NCBI GenBank assembly: GCA_026002935.1
Contig: BPGH01000001.1
Span: 171,965 to 235,964 of the forward strand
Origin: Acidimicrobiia bacterium
GTDB taxonomy: Bacteria; Actinomycetota; Acidimicrobiia; IMCC26256; PALSA-610
Direction of reading: 5' to 3'
Length of the DNA: 64,000 bases
Shown: positions 7,878-15,156 of the stretch, one piece after another
Position numbering within the stretch: the first letter of the stretch is position 1
Layout of the letters: each line of letters starts with the position of its first letter
Made by a program: the position numbers and the translations under genes
The notes under the pieces: generated by a model
Database searches by the model: none
What the model was told of the DNA's origin: nothing
Seen by the model: the letters and a program-made list of their open reading frames with translations, nothing else

Positions 7878-8369
7878 GTGCTGCGAACCCGCCTGGTCGA
7901 GCCCCGCGACGCCGAGGCGATCCGGGGGATCTACAACGTCGAGGTGCTCGAGTCGACCGTCACCTTCGACCTCGTGCCGCGCTCGCCGGCCGAGCAGCTC
8001 GCCTGGGTGGAGGCGCACTCGGGCGGCCACCCGGCGATCGTCGCGGTGGACGCGGCCGACCGGGTGCTCGGCTTCGCGTCGCTGTCGCCCTACCGGCCGC
8101 GACCCGCCTACGCGACCTCGGTCGAGGACTCCGTGTACGTGGCCCGCGACCACCGGGGCCGCGGCGTGGGCCGCCGGCTGCTCGGCGACCTCGTCGAGCT
8201 CGCGCGGGACCACGGGTTCCACACGGTGATCGCCCGCATCGTCGGCGGCCACGAGGCGTCGATCGCCCTGCACCGGGCGTGCGGGTTCGAGCCGATCGGC
8301 TGCGAGCGCGAGGTCGGCCGGAAGTTCGGCCGCTGGCTCGACGTGGTGCTCATGCAGCGCATGCTGTGA
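7878..8369 (+). CDS. GNAT family N-acetyltransferase (phosphinothricin acetyltransferase-like)
   Basis: 163 aa. RDHRGRGVGRRLLGDLVELARDHGFHTVIARIVGGHEASIALHRACGFEPIG matches the acetyl-CoA-binding Q/RxxGxG/A core of PAT-like GNATs. Confidence 0.8.
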   Translation: MLRTRLVEPRDAEAIRGIYNVEVLESTVTFDLVPRSPAEQLAWVEAHSGGHPAIVAVDAADRVLGFASLSPYRPRPAYATSVEDSVYVARDHRGRGVGRRLLGDLVELARDHGFHTVIARIVGGHEASIALHRACGFEPIGCEREVGRKFGRWLDVVLMQRML

Positions 8370-8402
8370 GCGGCGCCGCGCCGCGGGCCCGCCGGCGCGT
8401 CG

Positions 8403-8488
8403 TGGTGGGCCGGGTTGGATTCGAACCAACGTAGCGAGAACGCAACGGGTTTACAGCCCGTCCCCTTTGGCCACTCGGGTACCGACCC
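8403..8488 (-). tRNA. tyrT: tRNA-Tyr (anticodon GTA), long variable arm, CCA encoded
   Basis: The reverse complement reads GGGTCGGTACCCGAGTGGCCAAAGGGGACGGGCTGTAAACCCGTTGCGTTCTCGCTACGTTGGTTCGAATCCAACCCGGCCCACCA. Confidence 0.9.
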
Positions 8489-8540
8489 GGGTCCTACGAT
8501 AGCAACCCGCTTCGCCGCGCCTTCCGGGAGGAGCACCGCG

Positions 8541-9029
8541 ATGCCGAGCTTCGACGTGGTCTCCGAGATCGACCTGCAGGAGGTCCGCAACGCGGTCGAC
8601 CAGACGATGCGCGAGCTCGCCACCCGCTTCGACTTCAAGGGGACCGACAGCACCGTCGAGCTGAAGGACCGCGCGATCCAGCTCGAGTCGGCCACCGAGG
8701 ACCGGCTGAAGGCCGCCGTGCAGGTCCTCGAGGAGAAGCTGGTCCGGCGGAAGGTGTCGCTGAAGGCCCTCGAGCACGGCAAGGTGGAGGAGGCGGCCAA
8801 GGGGCGCGCCCGCCAGCAGATCACCCTCCAGGCCGGGATCAGCACGGAGAAGGCCAAGGCGATCGGGAAGTTCCTGAAGGACCTCGGGCTGAAGGGCGTC
8901 CAGCACCAGGTGCAGGGCGACCAGCTGCGCGTCACCGGCAAGAAGAAGGACGACCTCCAGCGGGCGATCCAGGCGCTGCGGGACCACGACTTCGGCATCC
9001 CGTTGCAGTTCACGAACTTCCGGGACTGA
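8541..9029 (+). CDS. yajQ: YajQ family (UPF0234) nucleotide-binding protein
   Basis: MPSFDVVSEIDLQEVRNAVDQTMRELATRFDFKGTDSTVELKD...LRVTGKKKDDLQRAIQALRDHDFGIPLQFTNFRD, 162 aa. ATG at 8541 preceded by GGGAGGAG. Confidence 0.85.
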   Translation: MPSFDVVSEIDLQEVRNAVDQTMRELATRFDFKGTDSTVELKDRAIQLESATEDRLKAAVQVLEEKLVRRKVSLKALEHGKVEEAAKGRARQQITLQAGISTEKAKAIGKFLKDLGLKGVQHQVQGDQLRVTGKKKDDLQRAIQALRDHDFGIPLQFTNFRD

Positions 9030-9047
9030 GCCGCCGGGCGGCCCGCC

Positions 9048-10397
9048 TCACCCGACGACGGCGTACAGCCTCCACGGCCCGTCGACCCCCTTCAGCTCGT
9101 GCTCGCCACGGTCGGCGAACCGGAGACCCGACCCGGCCACCAGGTCGACGACGGTGCGCGACACGAGCACCTCGGACGGGCCCGCCGACTGCGCCACCCG
9201 CGCGCCGATGTGCACCGTCAGCCCGCCGATGTCGTCGCCGCGCAGCTCGACCTCGCCGGTGTGGAGCCCGACGCGCACGGTGAGGCCGAGCGCCGCGGCA
9301 CCGTCGACGACCGCCCGCGCGCAGGAGATGGCACGCGCCGGCCCGTCGAAGGTCGCCACGACGCCGTCGCCGGTCATCTTCACCTCGGACCCGCGGTGGG
9401 CGGCGAGCTGCGCCCGGATCATCGCGTCGTGGGCGTCGAGCAGGTGCCGCCAGGCCCGGTCGCCGAGCCGCGTGAGCTGTTCCGTCGAACCGACGAGGTC
9501 GGTGAACATCACGGTCGCCAACGCGCGGTCGGCGGGCGGCGTCGACCGGCTCCCGGTCACGAACTCCTCGATCTCGCGCGCGACGGCCTCGTGGTCGCCG
9601 ACGTAGGCGACGGGGTCCTCACCGGCCAGCTCGACCGCGCGGGCGCCCGGGATGCGCGCGACGACGTACGCGACCCGCTGCCGCAGGCGGTCCGCATCGG
9701 GGGACGCCAGCGGACGGGTGAGCACGAGCGTCGGCACCCGGATCGACGGGAGCACCACCCGGAGATCGGACGCCATGCCGGTGCGGTAGACGGCGCCCGC
9801 GACCGACGGGCTCATGCCGCGCCGGCGCGCCCCGCGCCACCACCTCGCCAGCGTCTCGTCCCCGGCGAGGCCCGGGAACGGGAGCGGGGTCGGCCCTCCC
9901 CGCAACCACTCGTCGCGGATCGCGTCCAGGAACCGCTCCTGCTCCTGCGGTGAGAGCCCCCAGGGGTAGTCGCGGTCGGACCTCCACCGGGCGTTCGGGT
10001 TGAACAGCACCAGGCGGCTCACGCGTCGCGGCACGCTCGCGGTGAGCAGCATGCAGACCACGCCCGCCGGCATGTCGGCGGCGAACACCGTGACCGCGGT
10101 CGCGCCCGCGGCGTCGAGGACGGCGACCGCGTCGTCGAGCCAGTGCTCCCACGTCGTCTCGTCGATCCGCGCGATCGGGTCGGAGAGCCCCGTGCCGCGC
10201 CGGTCGAACCGGATCACGCGCGAGAACGCCGAGAGCCGCTCGATGAACGGTCCGCACGTCGGGCCGGCGATCTGGTCCTCGACGGAGATGCCGTGCGCGA
10301 AGACTGCGAGCAGGTCGGGCCCGGCACCCGTCACCTGGTAGGCGACGTACGCACCGTCGGTCGTCTCGGCGTAGCGGGTCCCGGCCGACGGCACCAC
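9048..10397 (-). CDS. Alpha/beta-hydrolase domain fused to a class III adenylate/guanylate cyclase domain
   Basis: The N-terminal half looks like an alpha/beta hydrolase. The C-terminal part, ALATVMFTDLVGSTEQLTRLGDRAWRHLLDAHDAMIRAQLAAHRGSEVKMTGDGVVATFDGPARAI...VRVGLHTGEVELRGDDIGGLTVHIGARV, is a cyclase homology domain. The start is placed at the GTG pair 10392-10397, just below the htpX stop. Confidence 0.8.
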   Translation of the reverse strand: MVPSAGTRYAETTDGAYVAYQVTGAGPDLLAVFAHGISVEDQIAGPTCGPFIERLSAFSRVIRFDRRGTGLSDPIARIDETTWEHWLDDAVAVLDAAGATAVTVFAADMPAGVVCMLLTASVPRRVSRLVLFNPNARWRSDRDYPWGLSPQEQERFLDAIRDEWLRGGPTPLPFPGLAGDETLARWWRGARRRGMSPSVAGAVYRTGMASDLRVVLPSIRVPTLVLTRPLASPDADRLRQRVAYVVARIPGARAVELAGEDPVAYVGDHEAVAREIEEFVTGSRSTPPADRALATVMFTDLVGSTEQLTRLGDRAWRHLLDAHDAMIRAQLAAHRGSEVKMTGDGVVATFDGPARAISCARAVVDGAAALGLTVRVGLHTGEVELRGDDIGGLTVHIGARVAQSAGPSEVLVSRTVVDLVAGSGLRFADRGEHELKGVDGPWRLYAVVG

Positions 10398-10467
10398 GGG
10401 ATTCTGCCCCGCCCGGCCCCTCCGGGCGACCGCCCCGCCGCGCGACCGGCCCCGGGCCGTGGCGGGG

Positions 10468-11316
10468 TCAGACGGTGCTGTAGGCGCGCAGGCGGCGGAT
10501 GCGCTCCTGCGTCGGCGGGTGGGTCGTGAACAGGTTGGCGAACTGCACCCGGCGGCCGGTGAGCGGGTTGACGATGAACGCCGAGGCGTGGGCCGGGTCG
10601 ACGTCCATCGGCACGCGCCGGGCGTAGCCCTCGATCTTCTCCAGCGCGCGGGCGAGCGGCTCGCCGGTGCCGAGCAGCTCGGCGCCACCGCGATCGGCCT
10701 CGTACTCGCGCGACCGGGACAGGGCCATCTGGAGCAGGGCCGCCGCGATCGGGGCGAGCACCATCAGCAGGAGCGCGCCGACCACGTTGTCGTCGTCGTC
10801 ACGGTTCCCGCCGCCGAACAGGGCGCCCCAGAACGCGATGCGCGCGACGAACATGATCGCCATCGCGACGGCGGCAGCCACCGACGAGATCAGGATGTCG
10901 CGGTGGCGGACGTGCGAGATCTCGTGCGCGAGCACGCCGCGCAGTTCGTCGCGGTCGAGCACCTGCAGGAGCCCCTGGGTGACGGCGACCGCCGCGTGCC
11001 GGGGGTTGCGCCCCGTGGCGAACGCGTTCGGCTGCATCGCCGGGCTGACGTAGATCGCCGGCATCGGCATCTCGGCGCGCTGCGTCAGCTCCCGCACCAT
11101 CGCGTACAGCTCGGGGGCCTCCGCCTCGGTGACCGGCCGGGCGCCGGCCGCCCGCACGGCGAGCTTGTCGGAGAACCAGTAGGAGCCGCCGACGAACACG
11201 AGCCCGACGACGAGCCCGATCACGAGGCCACCGGTGCCGAACAGCGACCCGATGCCCATGAAGAGCCCGCCGAGCGCGGCGAGCAGCACGGCCGTCTTGA
11301 TCGAGTTCTTCACCAT
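10468..11316 (-). CDS. htpX: Zinc metalloprotease HtpX (M48 family)
   Basis: [23 protein letters not shown]... has the HEISH zinc motif in [16 protein letters not shown] plus [14 protein letters not shown]. The protein is 282 aa, starting at ATG 11316. Confidence 0.9.
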   Translation of the reverse strand: MVKNSIKTAVLLAALGGLFMGIGSLFGTGGLVIGLVVGLVFVGGSYWFSDKLAVRAAGARPVTEAEAPELYAMVRELTQRAEMPMPAIYVSPAMQPNAFATGRNPRHAAVAVTQGLLQVLDRDELRGVLAHEISHVRHRDILISSVAAAVAMAIMFVARIAFWGALFGGGNRDDDDNVVGALLLMVLAPIAAALLQMALSRSREYEADRGGAELLGTGEPLARALEKIEGYARRVPMDVDPAHASAFIVNPLTGRRVQFANLFTTHPPTQERIRRLRAYSTV

Positions 11317-11340
11317 CGACCTCTCCAACGCCGCGCGAAC

Positions 11341-11395
11341 GCCGCGGGTTCCCGGACCGACGCTACACGGGCGCCGCGGGTTCCCGGACCGACGC
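11341..11395. repeat. Direct repeat: two perfect 23-nt copies of GCCGCGGGTTCCCGGACCGACGC
   Basis: Copies lie at 11341-11363 and 11373-11395 (period 32 nt). Confidence 0.9.
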
Positions 11396-11401
11396 CACCC
11401 G

Positions 11402-11460
11402 GTCCGGGACCGGGGCGCGCGTGCCCGGACCGGGGCGCGTGCCGGGACCGGGGCGCGGGG
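11402..11460. repeat. Three degenerate tandem units of about 19 nt containing GGACCGGGGCGCG
   Basis: The sequence is gtccgggaccggggcgcgc / gtgcccggaccggggcgc / gtgccgggaccggggcgcgggg. These units share the CCGGACC core with the preceding repeat. Confidence 0.8.
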
Positions 11461-11533
11461 CACGCACCCGCGACGCGCCCCGCCCGCGGCCGGCACCGTA
11501 GTGGTCACCTGCGCTCCGGAATGTTGCACGGGT

Positions 11534-11605
11534 GGTGACCACGGGCGCCGCGGTGACCACGGGCGCCGCGGTGACCACGGGCGCCGCGGTGACCACGGGC
11601 GCCGC
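11534..11605. repeat. Perfect 18-bp tandem repeat x4 (GGTGACCACGGGCGCCGC)
   Basis: Units lie at 11534-11551, 11552-11569, 11570-11587 and 11588-11605. GTGGTCACC at 11501-11509 is the exact reverse complement of the first 9 nt of each unit. Confidence 0.95.
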
Positions 11606-11619
11606 GGACGGGGGCGCCC

Positions 11620-11742
11620 GGCCGGCGGCCGGCGGCCGGCGGCGGTCAGCGGGCGGCCGGCGGCCGACGGGCCGGCGGCGGTCAGCGGCGGCCGGCGGCC
11701 GGCGGCGGTCAGCGGCGGTCAGCGGCCGGCGGCGGTCAGCGG
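11620..11742. repeat. GC-only microsatellite-like tract with five copies of GGTCAGCGG
   Basis: GGTCAGCGG occurs at 11644, 11680, 11707, 11717 and 11734. The last copy contains the pilT stop codon (TCA on the plus strand, 11736-11738). The earlier copies are reiterations of the pilT 3' end. Confidence 0.85.
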
Positions 11743-12833
11743 CCGGCGGCCGCGAGGTGCCCGCCCGCCGGCGGGCGCACCTCGCGGGGGTGCATCGAGC
11801 GGGCGAGCGCGTCCTCGTAGGTGACGACGCCCTCGGCCACGAGGTGGCTCAGCCAGTGCTCGAGCGTGCACATGCCCTCGTTGCGCCCCGCGGCGAGGAT
11901 GTTGCGGATCTGGTGCGTCTTGCCCTCGCGCACCAGCGAACGGACGGCGTTGTTCGCGATCAGGATCTCGAACGCGGCGACCATGCCGCCGCCGACACGC
12001 GGCAGCAGCCGTTGCGACACGACGCCCGAGAGGCACGCGGCGAGCTGGACCCGGATCTGGTTCTGGCGCTCGGCCGGGAACATGTCGGAGATCCGGTCGA
12101 GGGCCTGCGGCGCGTCGTTCGTGTGCAGCGTCGCGAACACGAGGTGACCGGTCTCCGCGATCGAGAGCGCGAATTGCACGGTCTCGGGGTCGCGCATCTC
12201 GCCGACGAGGATGACGTCGGGGTCCTCCCGCAGCGCGGCGCGCAGCGCGCGCTCGAAGCTGTGCGTGTCGTAGCCCACCTCGCGCTGGCTCACCGCGCAG
12301 TTCTTGTGGGTGTGCACGTACTCGATCGGGTCCTCGATCGTCAGGATGTGCCCGCGCCGGTGCTCGTTGATGTAGTTGATCATCGCGGCGAGCGTCGTCG
12401 ACTTGCCCGAGCCGGTGGGCCCGGTGACCAGCACGAGACCCTGCGGGAGGTTCGAGAAGAACTCGATCGCAGGCGGGAGCCCGAGCTCGGCGAACGTCGG
12501 GAGCCGCAGCGGGATCACCCGCAACGCCATCGCGAGGGTGCCCGACTGGTGGAAGCAGTTCGCCCGGAAGCGTGCGACCCCGTTCCAGGAGAACGAGAAG
12601 TCGACCTCCTTCACCGCCCGCAGGTCCTGGCGCAACTCCTCGGTCAGCACGCCGAGCAGCAGGTGCTCGACCTGGTCGTCGTCGAGGATCGGCTCGTCCT
12701 CGAGCGGCAGGAGCTGCCCGTCGACGCGCACGAGGGGCCGGTTGCCGGCCGTGAGCAGCAGGTCGGACCCGCCGCGGTCCCACAGCTCGTGCAGGTAGCG
12801 CTCGATCGGCGCCACGTTCACGATCCCGGCCAT
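11736..12833 (-). CDS. pilT: Type IV pilus retraction (twitching motility) ATPase PilT
   Basis: 365 aa, intact. Motifs include Walker A GLVLVTGPTGSGKSTTLAAMI, the Asp box/Walker B DPDVILVGEMRD, the His box GHLVFATLHTNDA, and the PilT-type AIRNLIREGK-like motif (AVRSLVREGKTHQI). Confidence 0.9.
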   Translation of the reverse strand: MAGIVNVAPIERYLHELWDRGGSDLLLTAGNRPLVRVDGQLLPLEDEPILDDDQVEHLLLGVLTEELRQDLRAVKEVDFSFSWNGVARFRANCFHQSGTLAMALRVIPLRLPTFAELGLPPAIEFFSNLPQGLVLVTGPTGSGKSTTLAAMINYINEHRRGHILTIEDPIEYVHTHKNCAVSQREVGYDTHSFERALRAALREDPDVILVGEMRDPETVQFALSIAETGHLVFATLHTNDAPQALDRISDMFPAERQNQIRVQLAACLSGVVSQRLLPRVGGGMVAAFEILIANNAVRSLVREGKTHQIRNILAAGRNEGMCTLEHWLSHLVAEGVVTYEDALARSMHPREVRPPAGGHLAAAGR

Positions 12834-12915
12834 CGCACTCCTCCGCGCTCGGGTGACGACGGTTGTTCGGCGCGCGTTCGGTCCGAATTGAGCGCAATCG
12901 CCGGAGCCGGCCCCG

Positions 12916-13260
12916 TCACACGCCGGCGCAGCGGCCCGGGTCCCGCGCCACGACCCGGCCGTCGGCCAGGGCGAAGTCGTCGGCCGGGTCGCCGTCGACG
13001 TAGGGGACGCCGGTCACCGGGTTGGTGCCCTGCAGCACGGCGACGTCGTCGAGGTCGGCCCGGATCGTGCCGGGGTTGGCCGCGACGTACGCCTCGACCG
13101 CCGTGCGGAGCTGCTCCCGCTCGGCCGCGCAGGCGCTCTCGGAGGCGTCGTCGGAGAGGCGGTCGGCGGCGAGCGCGACGACCCCGGCGAGGATCCCGAG
13201 GATCACGACGACGACGAGGACCTCGACGAGGGTGAAACCGCCGGCCCGGTGCGCACGCAT
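12916..13260 (-). CDS. Type IV pilin-like protein (prepilin-type N-terminal cleavage/methylation domain)
   Basis: In MRAHRAGG/FTLVEVLVVVVILGILAGVVA, a G-F cleavage site is followed by Glu5 and a hydrophobic helix. 114 aa with two Cys residues. Confidence 0.75.
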   Translation of the reverse strand: MRAHRAGGFTLVEVLVVVVILGILAGVVALAADRLSDDASESACAAEREQLRTAVEAYVAANPGTIRADLDDVAVLQGTNPVTGVPYVDGDPADDFALADGRVVARDPGRCAGV

Positions 13261-13321
13261 GGTGCCTTCTTCGGCAGCGCGGGCCGCCGGCTCGAGTCCC
13301 GGGGGCGGCCCGGACGCGCCC

Positions 13322-13351
13322 GGGCCCCGCTCCCCCGGGGGAGCGGGGCCC
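13322..13351 (-). terminator. Perfect 30-nt GC palindrome just downstream of the pilin gene; a likely hairpin terminator or attenuator
   Basis: GGGCCCCGCTCCCCC|GGGGGAGCGGGGCCC has 15-nt perfect arms. It lies 18 nt after the stop of the pilin gene at 13369. There is no U-tract. Confidence 0.5.
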
Positions 13352-13368
13352 GGCGCCGGGCGGCGGCC

Positions 13369-13746
13369 TCAGCAGCCGCTCGTGTCGACGGTGTGCTCGG
13401 CGACGCTGTACGACCAACCCGGGGTGGTCCCGTCGTACTTCGGGTTGTTGCTCGACAGCAGGTCGTTGTCGTAGAGCTCCTGTGCGATGGTCGTGACGTT
13501 GTCGGGGTCGGTGTTGGCCTCCGGCCACACGCCCTGGTCGGCCCGGTAGGCCGCGACCGCGGTGCGGAACGTCTCGCCCTCGGTGATGCACGCCTTGTTG
13601 TCGGCCGAATCGGTCAGGTTGCCGACGGCGAACACGACGATGCCGGCGAGGATGCCGAGGATCACGACGACGATGAGGAGCTCGACGAGGGTGAAGCCCT
13701 TCTCGGCGACGCTCCGGTCGTCGTCCCCACGAATCTGCTCGAACAT
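13369..13746 (-). CDS. Type IV pilin (candidate major pilin)
   Basis: MFEQIRGDDDRSVAEKG/FTLVELLIVVVILGILAGIVVFAV has a class III signal with the G-F-T-L-V-E motif. 125 aa, terminal Cys. ATG at 13746 preceded by GAAAGGAAG. Confidence 0.8.
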   Translation of the reverse strand: MFEQIRGDDDRSVAEKGFTLVELLIVVVILGILAGIVVFAVGNLTDSADNKACITEGETFRTAVAAYRADQGVWPEANTDPDNVTTIAQELYDNDLLSSNNPKYDGTTPGWSYSVAEHTVDTSGC

Positions 13747-13914
13747 GGTGCTGGTCTTCCTTTCACCCGAGGGCCGCCCGTCGCCGCCCGCCGGCTCTTG
13801 TGGTGGCCGCCGCCCCCACCGGCGGCCCGGTCCCGTACACAACGGCCGCGGCCCCCGCTCCCTGAATGGGCCGCGCGGCTCATTCGCGCCCGTGCGCACG
13901 TGGCGCCCGTCACA

Positions 13915-15135
13915 TCACATCCCGCCGCCCTGGAGCTTCGAACTGCTCATGACCCCGTACATCGCGGAGATGAGCGCGACGGCGACGAAGCCCACGATGA
14001 CGCCCATCATCACGATGACGGCCGGCTCGAACAGCGACGTCAGCTTCTTGAGCTTGTACTCGAGCTCGCGCCCGTAGTAATCGGCCGCGTTCGCGAGCTG
14101 GGTGTCGAGCGTTCCGGTGTCCTCGCCGACGCGGATCATCTGGACCGCCGCCCGCGGGAAGAGCTCGGTGTCGGCGATCGGCTGGGCGAGACCCTCACCC
14201 TCGAGCATGCGCTCCTGCGCCTCCACCATGCCGCGCTCGAACACCTTGTTGTTGGCGCCCTGCATCGCGGCCGTGAGCGTCTCGGGGAGCGGCACACCCG
14301 CCCGGGTCATCGCCGCGACGATCCGGCACACGCGTTCCGTCACCGCGAACAGCACCACGTCGCGGACGAGCGGCATGCGCAGGAACAGCGAGTCCCGCAG
14401 CAGCCGCCCGCGGGGTGACCGCTGCAACCACGCCCCGGCGGCGACGAGTGCGGCCGCGAGCGCGAGCCACACGAACCACAGCCCGTGCGCCACCGACGAA
14501 AGGCCGAGCAACATGCGCGTCGGCAGCGGCAGCTCGGCGTCGAGGCTCTCGAAGAACTTGGTGAAACGCGGCAGGACGAACACCGTGAGGATCACGACGG
14601 TCGCCACCGACATCACGCCGATCACCGCGGGATAGGTGAGCGCCGACTTGACCTTGCTCCGGGCCTCGAGGTCGCGCTCCACGTAACCGGAGAGCTGGTC
14701 GAGCGCGGTGTCGAGCTGGCCCGTGAGCTCCGAGGAGCGCAGGATGCCCACGTAGTACGGGGGGAACACCTCGGCGTGCTCCTCGAGCGCCTCCGAGAAG
14801 GGAACACCGGCCTGGATCTGTGCCCGCATGGTCGCGACGATCTCGCGGAAGCGCTTGTTGTCGGAACCCTCCTCCACCACCTCGAGTGCGTCGGTGATGG
14901 GGATGCCGCTGCGCACGAAGGCCGCCATCTGGCGGGAGAAGTGCATGATCTCCGCCCTGGGGACGCGCTGGGGCGTGAGCTCGAGCTCGTTGAACCGCTT
15001 GCGCCGGCGGATCTGCTTGACCTCGAGGTTGCGCAGCATCAGCTCGTGGCGCAGCACGTCCTCGTTCGGCGCCTCGGTCCTCGCCTTGATCTGCGCGCCG
15101 TCGGGCGCGACCGCGACGTACCGGTACACGGGCAT
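13915..15135 (-). CDS. pilC: Type IV pilus assembly platform protein PilC (GspF family)
   Basis: It has two T2SSF repeats (...MHFSRQMAAFVRSGIPITDALEVV... and ...VTERVCRIVAAMTRAGVPLPETLTAAM...) and three TM segments. ATG at 15135 lies 6 nt after AGGAGG. The ORF-track start at 15156 is probably too far upstream. Confidence 0.9.
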   Translation of the reverse strand: MPVYRYVAVAPDGAQIKARTEAPNEDVLRHELMLRNLEVKQIRRRKRFNELELTPQRVPRAEIMHFSRQMAAFVRSGIPITDALEVVEEGSDNKRFREIVATMRAQIQAGVPFSEALEEHAEVFPPYYVGILRSSELTGQLDTALDQLSGYVERDLEARSKVKSALTYPAVIGVMSVATVVILTVFVLPRFTKFFESLDAELPLPTRMLLGLSSVAHGLWFVWLALAAALVAAGAWLQRSPRGRLLRDSLFLRMPLVRDVVLFAVTERVCRIVAAMTRAGVPLPETLTAAMQGANNKVFERGMVEAQERMLEGEGLAQPIADTELFPRAAVQMIRVGEDTGTLDTQLANAADYYGRELEYKLKKLTSLFEPAVIVMMGVIVGFVAVALISAMYGVMSSSKLQGGGM

Positions 15136-15156
15136 CGGGTGCCTCCTGACCCCCAC

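Noticed and set aside
11534-11605. The possibility that the perfect 18-bp x4 array is a CRISPR array.
   Set aside because: The units are directly abutting with no spacers and are too short. No cas genes are present. It is a simple tandem repeat.
13868-13889. A 22-nt near-palindrome (GAATGGGCCGCGCGGCTCATTC) between pilC and the pilin gene, considered as a regulator-binding site.
   Set aside because: It is a single occurrence with one mismatched pair in a GC-rich spacer. It may simply be a hairpin after pilC, and there is not enough evidence to call an operator.
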